Shown piece after piece: positions 10,637 through 20,327 of a stretch of DNA of 64,000 nt. Within the stretch, counting starts at the first letter, position 1. The number at the start of each line of letters is the position of its first letter. The position numbers were made by a program, and so were the translations under genes. The DNA comes from Candidatus Omnitrophota bacterium (GTDB lineage Bacteria > Omnitrophota > Gorgyraeia > Zapsychrales > Zapsychraceae): NCBI GenBank assembly GCA_021108075.1, contig JAIORP010000030.1:133-64132 (forward strand), in the 5' to 3' direction. The notes beneath the pieces are model-generated. The model was given only the letters and a program-made list of their open reading frames with translations, was not told where the DNA came from and made no database searches.

Positions 10637-12010
10637 ATGACTAAACTCTGGGGAAGCCGTTTTGAGCGGGGGACTGATTCTTTGGCAGACCAATTTAGCT
10701 TCAGCATTAGCTATGATCAACAGTTAGCTTTGTACGATGTTATCGGCGGCATAGCCCATGCCCGTATGCTGGGCACGGAAAATATCATTGCTCAGCCGGA
10801 TGCGAATAAGATTGTCAAAGGATTAAAAGAGATTGCGCAAGAAATTGAAGAAGGAAAATTTAAGGTTAACCTTCGTTCAGAAGATATTCATACACATGTT
10901 CAGTCCGTTTTAAAAAATAAAATAGGCACAGCTGCTGATAAGCTGCATACAGCCAGATCGCGGAATGATTTAATCGTATTGGATATGAAATTGTATTGTT
11001 TGGTTGAGTTGACACTTATCATTAATCTTTTAGCCCGCCTGCAAAAATCTATTTTAAAATGCGCACAAGAAAATATTGAGGTTATCATACCGGCTTACAC
11101 CCATTTACAAGCCGCTCAGGTGGTATTAGCCTCGCATCATTTGCTTGCGTACATAGAGATGTTAGAGCGGGATAAAGAGCGACTGTTGGGCGCATTGGAC
11201 CGGACAGATATGATGCCATTGGGTAGTTGTGCCTTGTCGGGAACGTCTTTGCCGATCAACCGTAAGAAAGTCGCGGAGGAACTGGGATTTTCCGGAATTA
11301 CGAATAACAGTATGGATAGTGTTAGTGACCGGGATTTTATCGTTGAAGCGATCGCGAATATGGCCATCATTGTCATGCACACATCACGGATGTCTGAAGA
11401 TTTGATTGTATGGGCGACCAGTGAGTTTAATTTTGTGGATATTGACTGGGTGTATTGTACTGGTTCTTCGATTATGCCGCATAAAAAAAATCCGGATATA
11501 CTAGAACTCATTCGGGGTGAAACAGCAACTGTATATGGTTATCTGCAACAAATATTGGTCTTAAACAAAGGATTGCCATTAACATACAACCGTGATTTGC
11601 AATTAGATAAACCCCCGCTTTTCAACAGTGTTGAGAAAATTAAAGAGATTGTGACCTTGTTGGAACGTGTTTTCGCAACATTGTCTTTTAAGAAAGATGT
11701 TTTATCAAAACGCATTACCGCCGAAGCATTTTTTTCCGTTGATATAATGGAGTATTTGATAGAAAAAGGCGTTTCCTACCGTGACGCGCACGATACGATT
11801 GGACGGATGATAAAGGAGTGTGTCGACAAAGGCAAAAAGATTGCAAGCCTGACGAAAGAAGAATTGCAGGCCTATCATCCGGTTTTTGAGTTGGATGTAA
11901 AGAAGCGCTTAAATCCGTTCACATCAGTCCGTTTAAAGAAATCATTTGGTTCAACGAGTCCTCGCATGGTTAAGAGTCAAATGAAGAGGTGGCAGAAAAA
12001 GATTGGTTAG
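10637..12010 (+). CDS. argH: Argininosuccinate lyase
   Basis: KLWGSRF, LHTARSRND, TGSSIMPHKKNPD. Confidence 0.98.
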   Translation: MTKLWGSRFERGTDSLADQFSFSISYDQQLALYDVIGGIAHARMLGTENIIAQPDANKIVKGLKEIAQEIEEGKFKVNLRSEDIHTHVQSVLKNKIGTAADKLHTARSRNDLIVLDMKLYCLVELTLIINLLARLQKSILKCAQENIEVIIPAYTHLQAAQVVLASHHLLAYIEMLERDKERLLGALDRTDMMPLGSCALSGTSLPINRKKVAEELGFSGITNNSMDSVSDRDFIVEAIANMAIIVMHTSRMSEDLIVWATSEFNFVDIDWVYCTGSSIMPHKKNPDILELIRGETATVYGYLQQILVLNKGLPLTYNRDLQLDKPPLFNSVEKIKEIVTLLERVFATLSFKKDVLSKRITAEAFFSVDIMEYLIEKGVSYRDAHDTIGRMIKECVDKGKKIASLTKEELQAYHPVFELDVKKRLNPFTSVRLKKSFGSTSPRMVKSQMKRWQKKIG

Positions 12011-12040
12011 GTCCTTATTAAGAAGAAAGGCTGACAAATT

Positions 12041-13297
12041 ATGCATTGTTTTCAGTATAAAAAGAATCAACTGTATTGCGAAAATGTCCGTATCCAGAAA
12101 ATCGCTGATGAATGTGGAACGCCTTTATATATCTATAGCTACCATACCCTGATTGATCATTTCAATAAGATTAAGAACGCGTTTAAGAAAATTAAACCCA
12201 TAATTTGTTTCGCGGCCAAAGCCAATGATAATCTGGCGGTTCTTAAATCTTTAATTGATCAGGGTGCAGGATGTGATATCGTTTCGGAGGGTGAACTGAG
12301 AAAAGCGATGAAAGTTAATGCCGATCCCGCAAAAATTGTATTTGCGTCTGTGGGAAAGACCGATCAAGAAATCGAATTAGCGCTCCGGACAGACATTCTT
12401 TTTTTTAACGTCGAGTCATTACCTGAACTTGAACAAATCAACCGTATTGCCAAATCGATGAAGAAGCGCGCCCGGGCAGCTTTAAGGATTAATCCGGATG
12501 TTGATGCCGCGACACATCAACGGATAACAACAGGAACGTTAAAAAATAAATTTGGGATTGACTTTTCAACAGCCAGAGATATTTTACGCCAACGTGATTG
12601 TTTTTCTTTTGTCCAGATTAATGGTTTGCATATTCACATCGGGTCGCAGATCACAACGCTGGACCCTTATATCTTTTCTATCAAGAAGGTTCTGAAGTTT
12701 CTTGAAGAGTTGAGGAGTGAAAATATTGATATTGAGTATTTTGACCTGGGCGGCGGTTTCGCTATCAATTACAAGGATAGTGACGCTAAAACCGCGGATG
12801 AAATAGCTGAAGCGATTGTTCCGTTGCTGCAAGAAACCGGTCTGAAGATTATTTTAGAGCCGGGGCGTTTTATTGCCGGAAATGCCGGTGTTTTTGTGAC
12901 AAAGGTTCTTTATCTGAAAGATAATGGTTTTAAGAAATTTCTTATTGTTGACGGGGGGATGAATGATTTGATCCGTCCGACATTATATGACGCTTATCAT
13001 GAAATTGTTCCGGTTCAACGGACCACAGCAGAAAGTGTAAAGGTCGATGTTGTTGGACCTATTTGTGAGAGTGGAGATTACTTTGCGAAAGACAGGATCT
13101 TACAAGGCATGAAAAAGAATGAATTCATGGCCATTATGAGCGCCGGGGCGTATGGTTATGTCATGTCCAGCAATTACAATGTCAGAGGCCGGCCGGCAGA
13201 GGTTATGGTCAAAGGGAACAAGTTTGAAGTGATCAAAGAACGGGAAACATTTAAGGATTTGATCCGGGGTGAAAGAGTCCCGAGCTTTTTGTCCTGA
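12041..13297 (+). CDS. lysA: Diaminopimelate decarboxylase
   Basis: FAAKAN PLP lysine, HIGSQ, EPGR, GPICESGD, GAYG..MSSNYN. Confidence 0.97.
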   Translation: MHCFQYKKNQLYCENVRIQKIADECGTPLYIYSYHTLIDHFNKIKNAFKKIKPIICFAAKANDNLAVLKSLIDQGAGCDIVSEGELRKAMKVNADPAKIVFASVGKTDQEIELALRTDILFFNVESLPELEQINRIAKSMKKRARAALRINPDVDAATHQRITTGTLKNKFGIDFSTARDILRQRDCFSFVQINGLHIHIGSQITTLDPYIFSIKKVLKFLEELRSENIDIEYFDLGGGFAINYKDSDAKTADEIAEAIVPLLQETGLKIILEPGRFIAGNAGVFVTKVLYLKDNGFKKFLIVDGGMNDLIRPTLYDAYHEIVPVQRTTAESVKVDVVGPICESGDYFAKDRILQGMKKNEFMAIMSAGAYGYVMSSNYNVRGRPAEVMVKGNKFEVIKERETFKDLIRGERVPSFLS

Positions 13298-13378
13298 TAA
13301 CGTTTCTTGTCGGGCCGGTTGTTCTCTGCCCGATTGAAGATTTTTTTGTAATATCCTGAATATTGAGGAAGGGACGCA

Positions 13379-14206
13379 ATGAATAAGAAACTTGCTTTTT
13401 GCAAAATGGTAGGGGCCGGGAATGATTTTATTATTCTTGATCATCCCGCTCGGATGAATTTCAAGAAGCTCGCTCCTGTTATGTGTGATCGAACCAACGG
13501 TATCGGCGCGGACGGATTGCTGGTGCTGTCGCCATCACGAAAGACAGATTTTCGAATGCGTATCATTAATGCGGATGGGTCTGAAGCTGAGATGTGTGGC
13601 AATGGCGCAAGATGCATGGCCGCTTATATCGTTCGATATAAAAAACCTAAACAGAAGTTGTTTGGGGTCGAAACCATCGCCGGGCTTATTATGAGTGAAG
13701 CGAAAGGACAAATCGCGAATGTCCATCTTAGTGACCCTCTGGGTTACAAGGAGAGCATCAAGCTTAAAATTAATAAGCGCGTAATGCATTTGAGCTATAT
13801 TGACACAGGTGTGCCGCATGTGATTGTCTTTGTGGACAGCCTGATGCAAATCCCTGTCAATGTTATTGGTGAGCAAATCCGCTACCATAAAAATTTTTCT
13901 CCTAGAGGAACGAATGTGAATTTTGTTGAGCAATTATTGGATGATTTAGTAGCTGTCCGGACATATGAGCGCGGGGTCGAAGGTGAAACAAAGGCCTGTG
14001 GGACTGGCAGCGTTGCGGCTGCGCTTGTCAATTATTTGAAAGGATATGCGGCAGGGCGGGATAAGAAGAAGGCGAAGATGAAAGTCCTGACACAAAGCGG
14101 TGAAACATTATTCGTAACTTTTGATGTTATTAATGGTCAACCCAAAAATGTTTGGTTGAAAGGCAGCGCTAAATTCATTGCTAAAGGCGAATATTTTATA
14201 AAATAA
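13379..14206 (+). CDS. dapF: Diaminopimelate epimerase
   Basis: GAGNDF, NADGSEAEMCGNG, ERGVEGETKACGTG. Confidence 0.97.
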   Translation: MNKKLAFCKMVGAGNDFIILDHPARMNFKKLAPVMCDRTNGIGADGLLVLSPSRKTDFRMRIINADGSEAEMCGNGARCMAAYIVRYKKPKQKLFGVETIAGLIMSEAKGQIANVHLSDPLGYKESIKLKINKRVMHLSYIDTGVPHVIVFVDSLMQIPVNVIGEQIRYHKNFSPRGTNVNFVEQLLDDLVAVRTYERGVEGETKACGTGSVAAALVNYLKGYAAGRDKKKAKMKVLTQSGETLFVTFDVINGQPKNVWLKGSAKFIAKGEYFIK

Positions 14207-14242
14207 TGATTAATGAAAGCATCAAATAAAAAGGAGTCTGTT

Positions 14243-15133
14243 ATGTTTAGAGGATCTATTGTCGCGTTAGTTACTCCGTTCAAGGATGGAAAGATTGATG
14301 ACGCTAAAATAAAAGAGCTTGTTCAATTTCATCTTGATCATGGTACCAACGGCATTCTACCCTGTGGGACAACGGGGGAATCCCCGACATTATCTCATGA
14401 TGAACATAAACGCGTTGTTGAGCTTTGTATAGAGGTGGCAGGGGGCAAGGTGCCGATCTTGGCAGGCACTGGATCAAATTCTACTTCAGAGGCGGTCGCC
14501 TTGACAAAACACGCGGCCAGGGCCGGGGCTGATGCGGCTTTAGTTGTGACTCCTTATTACAACAAGCCGATGCAGGAAGGATTGTATCAGCATTTTAAGG
14601 CCATTGCTGATAATGTTGATATTCCGATCATTCTTTACAATATCGTCGGGCGTACGGCTCGCAACATCGAGACTGAGACTGTGGTTCGTTTGGCGAATGA
14701 TTGCAAAAATATCATTGGTGTTAAAGAAGCCTCAGGTTCATTAGATCAAATGCAGGCCGTTAAGCTCTATTGCCCTGAGGGGTTCATTTTGTTATCAGGC
14801 GATGACGCGTTAACCCTGCCATTATTAAGCATTGGGGGCCAGGGCGTGGTTTCTGTGGTTGCGAATATCATCCCCGACCAGACCGCGAAGTTGGTCAATC
14901 TTTTTGACGCAGGTAGGATTGAGGAAGCCAGGACATTGCATTTTAAGATGTTGCCATTGGTCAAAGCCATGTTTCTGGAAACCAATCCGATTCCTGTTAA
15001 GACGGCTATGGGACTGTTAGGTCTTTGTGATGACACGTTAAGATTACCATTAACGAGTATGAGTGATAGCGATAAGGTTAAATTGCAATCGGCCATCAAA
15101 GCTTATGGTTTGGTTGAGAAAACTTTAGTGTGA
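14243..15133 (+). CDS. dapA: 4-hydroxy-tetrahydrodipicolinate synthase
   Basis: GTTGES, PYYNKP, GVKEASG, ETNPIPVK; AAGGAG RBS before ATG 14243. Confidence 0.97.
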   Translation: MFRGSIVALVTPFKDGKIDDAKIKELVQFHLDHGTNGILPCGTTGESPTLSHDEHKRVVELCIEVAGGKVPILAGTGSNSTSEAVALTKHAARAGADAALVVTPYYNKPMQEGLYQHFKAIADNVDIPIILYNIVGRTARNIETETVVRLANDCKNIIGVKEASGSLDQMQAVKLYCPEGFILLSGDDALTLPLLSIGGQGVVSVVANIIPDQTAKLVNLFDAGRIEEARTLHFKMLPLVKAMFLETNPIPVKTAMGLLGLCDDTLRLPLTSMSDSDKVKLQSAIKAYGLVEKTLV

Positions 15134-15229
15134 AAATGACGATTTTTTTGATCCCGCTCGATGCCTGTTCAGGGAAAAAAGACATGAGGCGGTAACGGGA
15201 TGTTTAAAAAATTAAAAAGGAATAAAAAA

Positions 15230-15952
15230 ATGATTAAGTTAGCTGTGACGGGTGCCCGGGGGAGAATGGGGCAAAGAATAACACTCTTGGCCTTAAAAGA
15301 TGATTGTTTCACGATTGAGGCATTATTGGAACGTCCGGATCATCCTGAAATCAATGCCAAGATGCAGGGGATCGGTCTTCAGACAGATATAGCTACGGCC
15401 ATTAAGGCTGCTGACGTTTTGATCGATTTTACATCGCCTGATTCGACCATGAAAAATATCGAGCATTGTTGCGCCGCTAACGTCAAGCTGGTTATCGGTA
15501 CGACCGGTCTTACAGCTGAACAGTCAAAGACGATTAATGCCGCCGGGGCGAAAATCCCTGTCGTTTTTTCATCCAATATGTCCGTCGGAGTTAATTTGTT
15601 GTTTAAGCTGACCCAGGTGGCCGCGATGACGACGAAGGATCAATATAAGATGTCCCTCACAGAAGCTCACCATGTGCATAAAAAGGATGCTCCTTCCGGA
15701 ACGGCAAAAACATTGGCCCGGTTGGCCGAAGCCGCGTCCCGATCTGCGGTTGAGAAGATTGATTCTCTTCGAGAAGGCGAGATCATCGGAGATCATAGCA
15801 TTGTTTTTGAGAGTCCGGAAGATATTATCACAATTTCGCATCATGCCAAGACGCGGGATATTTTTGCTAAGGGGGCTCTTGTCGCCGCGAAATTTTTAGA
15901 AGATAAAAGTTCAGGTATTTATACGATGCAAGATGTTTTGGGTCTCATTTAA
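15230..15952 (+). CDS. dapB: 4-hydroxy-tetrahydrodipicolinate reductase
   Basis: GARGRMG, IDFT, GTTG, EAHHVHKKDAPSGTA. Confidence 0.97.
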   Translation: MIKLAVTGARGRMGQRITLLALKDDCFTIEALLERPDHPEINAKMQGIGLQTDIATAIKAADVLIDFTSPDSTMKNIEHCCAANVKLVIGTTGLTAEQSKTINAAGAKIPVVFSSNMSVGVNLLFKLTQVAAMTTKDQYKMSLTEAHHVHKKDAPSGTAKTLARLAEAASRSAVEKIDSLREGEIIGDHSIVFESPEDIITISHHAKTRDIFAKGALVAAKFLEDKSSGIYTMQDVLGLI

Positions 15953-16051
15953 ATAAATTTCAAGCCTGTGGTTGTCAATATGTGTTTGAAGTTTTAAAGC
16001 GATACATGCCTTGACGAACACGTATGATAATTTCAAATAGAATAGAAAGGA

Positions 16052-17224
16052 ATGGGTATGTCTTTTAATATTGAATTCTCCGATAGATTAAAAAAATTAC
16101 CGCCATATCTCTTTATTGAGATTGAAAAAGCTAAGCGCGAAGCGCTTGCCGATGGCCGTGATGTGATTAATTTAGGCGTGGGGGATCCTGATATTCCGAC
16201 GCCACAACACATTATAGATGCCATGAAAGAAGCTGTTCAGGACCCGAATAATCACCACTATGCGTTGGATGCCGGTTTGGCGGCGCTAAGATCGGAGATC
16301 GCGAACTGGTTTGGGCAACGTTTTTCCGTTTCCCTGAATCCGGAAACAGAAATTTATCCGGTCCTGGGATCCAAAGAAGGGTTAGCGCATTTGCCCTTAG
16401 GTATCATTAATCCGAAAGATAAGATCCTTCTGACAGATCCTGCTTATCCTGCCTACCGTCCGACGATCACGTTTGCCGGAGGCCGAATCATGAATGTTCC
16501 TATGAAAGCGGGCAACGCCTTTTTGCCGAATATTTCAAAAATAGCCGAGTATAAGGATATCAAAATGCTGGTCATCAATTATCCTAATAATCCGACGGCG
16601 GCAACGGCGACCAAAGAATTTTATCAAGACCTTGTTGATCTGGCCAAAGAGAAGGGTTTTATTATTTGTTCGGATATGGCGTATTCAGAGGTGTATTTTG
16701 ACGGAGAAAAGCCGCCGAGTATTTTAGAAATTGACGGTGCCAGAGAGGTCGCGATAGAATTTCATTCTTTTTCAAAAACATATGCCATGACGGGCTGGCG
16801 AATCGGCTGGGCGTGTGGTAACGAAACTTTAGTTGCGGCTTTAGCTAAAGTTAAGTCAAATTATGACTCTGGAATTTTTCAGGCTGTCCAATGCGCGGGG
16901 ATCGCCGCCCTTAAAACAGATCCGGTCATATTGGATGATATGCGCGGTTTGTTCCAGGATCGCCGTGATTATCTGATTAATGGTCTCAGATCCATCGGGT
17001 GGAAGATTCCTTCGCCTAAAGCGGCTTTTTACGTTTGGGCTAAGATCCCGAAGGGCTTTAAGGATTCAATGGAAACAGCCCGAATTTTTTTAGATAAGGC
17101 TGATATCGTCATAACTCCGGGAGTCGGGTTTGGCCCTGAGGGTGAAGGCTATATCCGTATGGCCTTGACTGTTCCCGTTGACCGTATCAATGAAGCTGTT
17201 GGCCGTATAGCTAAGATATTGTAA
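16052..17224 (+). CDS. dapL: LL-diaminopimelate aminotransferase (class I/II PLP)
   Basis: SDRLKKLPPYLF, NYPNNPT, SFSKTYAMTGWRIG; completes the dapA-dapB-dapL-dapF-lysA route. Confidence 0.85.
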   Translation: MGMSFNIEFSDRLKKLPPYLFIEIEKAKREALADGRDVINLGVGDPDIPTPQHIIDAMKEAVQDPNNHHYALDAGLAALRSEIANWFGQRFSVSLNPETEIYPVLGSKEGLAHLPLGIINPKDKILLTDPAYPAYRPTITFAGGRIMNVPMKAGNAFLPNISKIAEYKDIKMLVINYPNNPTAATATKEFYQDLVDLAKEKGFIICSDMAYSEVYFDGEKPPSILEIDGAREVAIEFHSFSKTYAMTGWRIGWACGNETLVAALAKVKSNYDSGIFQAVQCAGIAALKTDPVILDDMRGLFQDRRDYLINGLRSIGWKIPSPKAAFYVWAKIPKGFKDSMETARIFLDKADIVITPGVGFGPEGEGYIRMALTVPVDRINEAVGRIAKIL

Positions 17225-17228
17225 CTTA

Positions 17229-17330
17229 TACCAATTCCATTAAATAATTTTCAAAACCGATTCTGTTTTTTTCGACGTTTAAGCAAGAATATCAGAATTG
17301 AAATAGAACAATTAATGAATGGGTTTGGTA
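17229..17330. mobile_element. MITE-like element, copy 1 (102 bp, TTA target duplication)
   Basis: Imperfect TIR TACCAATTCCATT...AATGGGTTTGGTA flanked by TTA on both sides; homologous to 25858-25937. Confidence 0.7.
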
Positions 17331-17354
17331 TTAGTTGATTTTGAGGAGTACATT

Positions 17355-17777
17355 TTGGCAATCGTATTTATTGCTTTTGGATCCAACTCAGGTAATCGAC
17401 GAAATTATATCTCTCAAGCATTAAATAGCATGGAGGAACTTGGGATTGAGCTCCTTCAGGTTTCCTCTTTTCATGAAACAGAACCTGTCGGTGGCCCCTC
17501 TGGTCAGATGAAATATCTTAACGGCGTTGCCAAAGTGAAGACATCATTAACGCCTGTTCTATTTTTGGACCGACTGCAGCAGATTGAAAAGAATTTAGGC
17601 CGTGAACGGAGTGTTCCTGACGCTCCGCGAACTATCGATCTGGATATCCTGTTATATGATGACTTGAAAGTGCAGACAGATCGTCTAACCATCCCCCATC
17701 CTCGCATGTGGCAACGCACGTTTGTCCTGAACCCTCTGGAAGAAATAGCCCCTGAAATTGTAGAAGGAGGTCCTTGA
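17355..17777 (+). CDS. folK: 2-amino-4-hydroxy-6-hydroxymethyldihydropteridine pyrophosphokinase
   Basis: FGSN, YLNGV, PRTIDLDIL, IPHP..R.FVL.PL; TTG start after GAGGAG. Confidence 0.95.
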   Translation: MAIVFIAFGSNSGNRRNYISQALNSMEELGIELLQVSSFHETEPVGGPSGQMKYLNGVAKVKTSLTPVLFLDRLQQIEKNLGRERSVPDAPRTIDLDILLYDDLKVQTDRLTIPHPRMWQRTFVLNPLEEIAPEIVEGGP

Positions 17778-18640
17778 TGCTGATCATAAAAAATATTAAA
17801 TCGATTAATAGCAAAATAAATAGTTTGAAACGTTCCGGAAGGTCAATTGGTTTTGTGCCGACGATGGGGGCATTGCACGAAGGTCATTTATCTATCATGC
17901 GAAGAGCTCGTCGACAAAACGACATTGTTGTTGTGAGCGTTTTTGTAAATCCGAAACAGTTCGGCCTGAATGAGGATTTTGCCCGATATCCCCGTCAAGA
18001 AAAAAAAGATCATTTGTTGGCAAAAAAAGAAAAAGTTGATATAATATTTTATCCGTCGATAGAAGAAATCTATCCGACCAGATATTTGACATACATTAAC
18101 GTTGAAGGTATCAGCCGCATTCTTTGTGGTCATGACCGCCCCGTCCATTTTAAAGGGGTAACGACAATCGTCGGAAAGTTGTTGAATCTTGTCCGTCCGG
18201 ATAATCTTTACCTCGGACAAAAAGATGCTCAACAAGTGATCGTATTAAGAAAAATGATTGTTGATTTGAACTTTCCGGTCAAAGTTCGTGTTTGTCCGAT
18301 TGTCCGTGAACCGGATGGTTTGGCCCTGAGTTCGCGCAATAAATATTTAACAAATCAACAACGTCTTGAATCACCGGTTTTGTTTCAGGCTTTAAAAAAA
18401 GCGAAAATCAAAGCCTTGAAAGAAAACGTTTCTGTTAAAGGTGTCCTCAACCTAATGAAATCAAATATAACAAAAAATAGTTCTGGTTCTATTGATTATA
18501 TTGCATGTGTTGATGCTGATTCATTAGTCCCGCTCGACGTCATTAAAGGTCGGGTGATGATCGCATTAGCCGTGAAGTTTGGTAAAACCAGGCTGATTGA
18601 TAATATCGTTTTTAGAAAAGACGATGGCAAAAAAAAATAA
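17774..18640 (+). CDS. panC: Pantoate--beta-alanine ligase
   Basis: FVPTMGALHEGH, FVNPKQF, GQKDAQQ, GLALSSRN, RLIDN. Confidence 0.98.
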   Translation: MMLIIKNIKSINSKINSLKRSGRSIGFVPTMGALHEGHLSIMRRARRQNDIVVVSVFVNPKQFGLNEDFARYPRQEKKDHLLAKKEKVDIIFYPSIEEIYPTRYLTYINVEGISRILCGHDRPVHFKGVTTIVGKLLNLVRPDNLYLGQKDAQQVIVLRKMIVDLNFPVKVRVCPIVREPDGLALSSRNKYLTNQQRLESPVLFQALKKAKIKALKENVSVKGVLNLMKSNITKNSSGSIDYIACVDADSLVPLDVIKGRVMIALAVKFGKTRLIDNIVFRKDDGKKK

Positions 18641-19448
18641 TTGGAAAATTGGTGTTCTTGGGTGCGGCGCTGTTGGTTCTCGTCTGGCAAATTTTGTCAC
18701 AACGGGACTTAAGAGTCCATGCCGTTTAACGGCCCTTTATGACGTCGATGTGGACCGTGCGAAATCCCTGGCTAAGAAATTAGCGATTCCTCATGCTGTC
18801 TGCCCTTCATTTTCTGCTTTCTTAAAGAAATCGAATTTTATTATTGAAGCCGTCAATGCTAACAATGCGCGTGCTCTCATTGAGAAGATATTAATAGCTA
18901 AAAAACATTTGCTCGTCATGAGTGTCGGGCAAATGCTTCATTCAAAAAAAATATTTGATATTGTAGAACAAAATCAACTGTCTTTATTAGTTCCTTCCGG
19001 TGCTATCGCCGGGGTTGACGCGCTAAAATCAGCGAGTCATAAGCAGATCGAACGGATCACCTTAACAACACGGAAACCACCAAAAGGATTGGCGGGTAAT
19101 CCCTACTTTGAGCAAAAAGGAATTGATTTAACAAAAATAAAGAAGGAGACAGTTGTTTTTGACGGCAATGTCAAACAGGCGGTTAAAAATTTCCCGAGGA
19201 ATATAAACGTTGCGGCAACAATCGCGTTGGCTTCACGGAAGCCAGCCAGGATGAGAGTCCGTATTATTACCTCGCCAGAGTTCAAAACAAATTCTCATGA
19301 GCTTGAAGTTGTTGGAGATTTCGGTCGTTTTGTAACACGGACGGAAAATGTCGCTTGTCCGGATAATCCCAAAACAAGCTATTTAGCGGTTTTGTCCGGA
19401 ATGCAAACATTAAAACAGTTTTTTGAAAATAGCTATTTAGGAACGTAA
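18624..19448 (+). CDS. nadX: L-aspartate dehydrogenase
   Basis: GCGAVG Rossmann motif, PSGAIAG.D, FP.NINVA, NPKTSYLA. Confidence 0.92.
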   Translation: MAKKNNWKIGVLGCGAVGSRLANFVTTGLKSPCRLTALYDVDVDRAKSLAKKLAIPHAVCPSFSAFLKKSNFIIEAVNANNARALIEKILIAKKHLLVMSVGQMLHSKKIFDIVEQNQLSLLVPSGAIAGVDALKSASHKQIERITLTTRKPPKGLAGNPYFEQKGIDLTKIKKETVVFDGNVKQAVKNFPRNINVAATIALASRKPARMRVRIITSPEFKTNSHELEVVGDFGRFVTRTENVACPDNPKTSYLAVLSGMQTLKQFFENSYLGT

Positions 19449-19641
19449 ATGGATCTGTGGATAAAGACGGTTTCGATGATCCCTTGATGTAATAACCGTG
19501 TGAGTATGCTCGATTGATTGAGTGTATCTTGAATTCTGTCGGGGCCTTAGAGTTTGCTTCGCCTGCTTGTACTCTGGGACGACGTTCAGATTTTGATCAC
19601 ATCTACTGATTTAAATAAGTGAATAGAAAGGAGGTGAATTC

Positions 19642-20058
19642 ATGGCTAAAAAGGTTGCCAAAGTCGGTGTAAAGAAAGAAGCTGGTTTCTTGTACTTCGT
19701 TGACAAGGATGGTGATATTTCTTGTGCAAAGATGGCGCGCGGCAATAAAAAAGGGGGAAAACCTAAAAAAGCAGCTAAGGTTGGAATCACTAAGGAGTCA
19801 GGTTTACTGTACTTTATAGACAAAGATGGTGATATCTCCTGCGCAAAAATGGTTCGTGGCGGTAAGAAAAAGAAAAAAGCTGCTAAGAAAAAAACAGCCA
19901 AAAAGACAGTTGTTAAGAAAAAAGTTGCCAAGAAAAAAGTAGTCAAGAAAAAAGCAGCCAAGAAGAAAGTCGTTAAGAAAAAGGTTGTAAAAAAGAAAGC
20001 AGCAAAGAAAAAAGTCGTTAAGAAAAAACCAGCTAAGAAAAAAGCTAAAAAGAAATAG
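19642..20058 (+). CDS. Lysine-rich, histone H1/Hc2-like protein with duplicated N-terminal domain
   Basis: Two copies of AKVGxxKExGxLYFxDKDGDISCAKMxRG, then KKKAA/KKKVV pentapeptide repeats; AAAGGAGGT RBS and own terminator. Confidence 0.85.
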   Translation: MAKKVAKVGVKKEAGFLYFVDKDGDISCAKMARGNKKGGKPKKAAKVGITKESGLLYFIDKDGDISCAKMVRGGKKKKKAAKKKTAKKTVVKKKVAKKKVVKKKAAKKKVVKKKVVKKKAAKKKVVKKKPAKKKAKKK

Positions 20059-20081
20059 TAGTATAACGACTGCTAGAAAAG

Positions 20082-20121
20082 AATGGTCCTTATCCTTAAT
20101 TTGAATGAGGGCCATTTTTTT
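20082..20121 (+). terminator. Intrinsic terminator after the histone-like gene
   Basis: AATGGTCCTTAT/ATGAGGGCCATT stem followed by a T run. Confidence 0.7.
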
Positions 20122-20327
20122 ATGCCGGAGGACTGCCTGCGGTTTTTCCCCAGTGACGGATATATTGTTTATTCCGACCTGTTTGTTGATATGTTGCACG
20201 GAATATGATTTGACTTTTGAGGTGAGAGCGATTATTCTGTAGTCACCTTTTTAAGAATATTACCCTCTACGATGATGACAGTTAACCGTAAGATATCAGA
20301 CTGTTTCACGACTAATTTAACAATATC

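Noticed and set aside
17319-17354. Upstream ATG start for folK
   Set aside because: Lies in the MITE terminal repeat; TTG 17355 has a proper GAGGAG RBS
19456-19464. Perfect DnaA box (TGTGGATAA) after nadX
   Set aside because: Isolated box with no cluster, unwinding element or dnaA nearby; not evidence for oriC
19860-20055. 15-bp periodic DNA repeats
   Set aside because: Coding pentapeptide repeats; no repeat-spacer structure and no cas genes, so not CRISPR
19611-20199. Phe/Leu-rich minus-strand ORFs (19611-19961, 19804-20199)
   Set aside because: Antisense shadows of the AAA/AAG-rich histone-like gene
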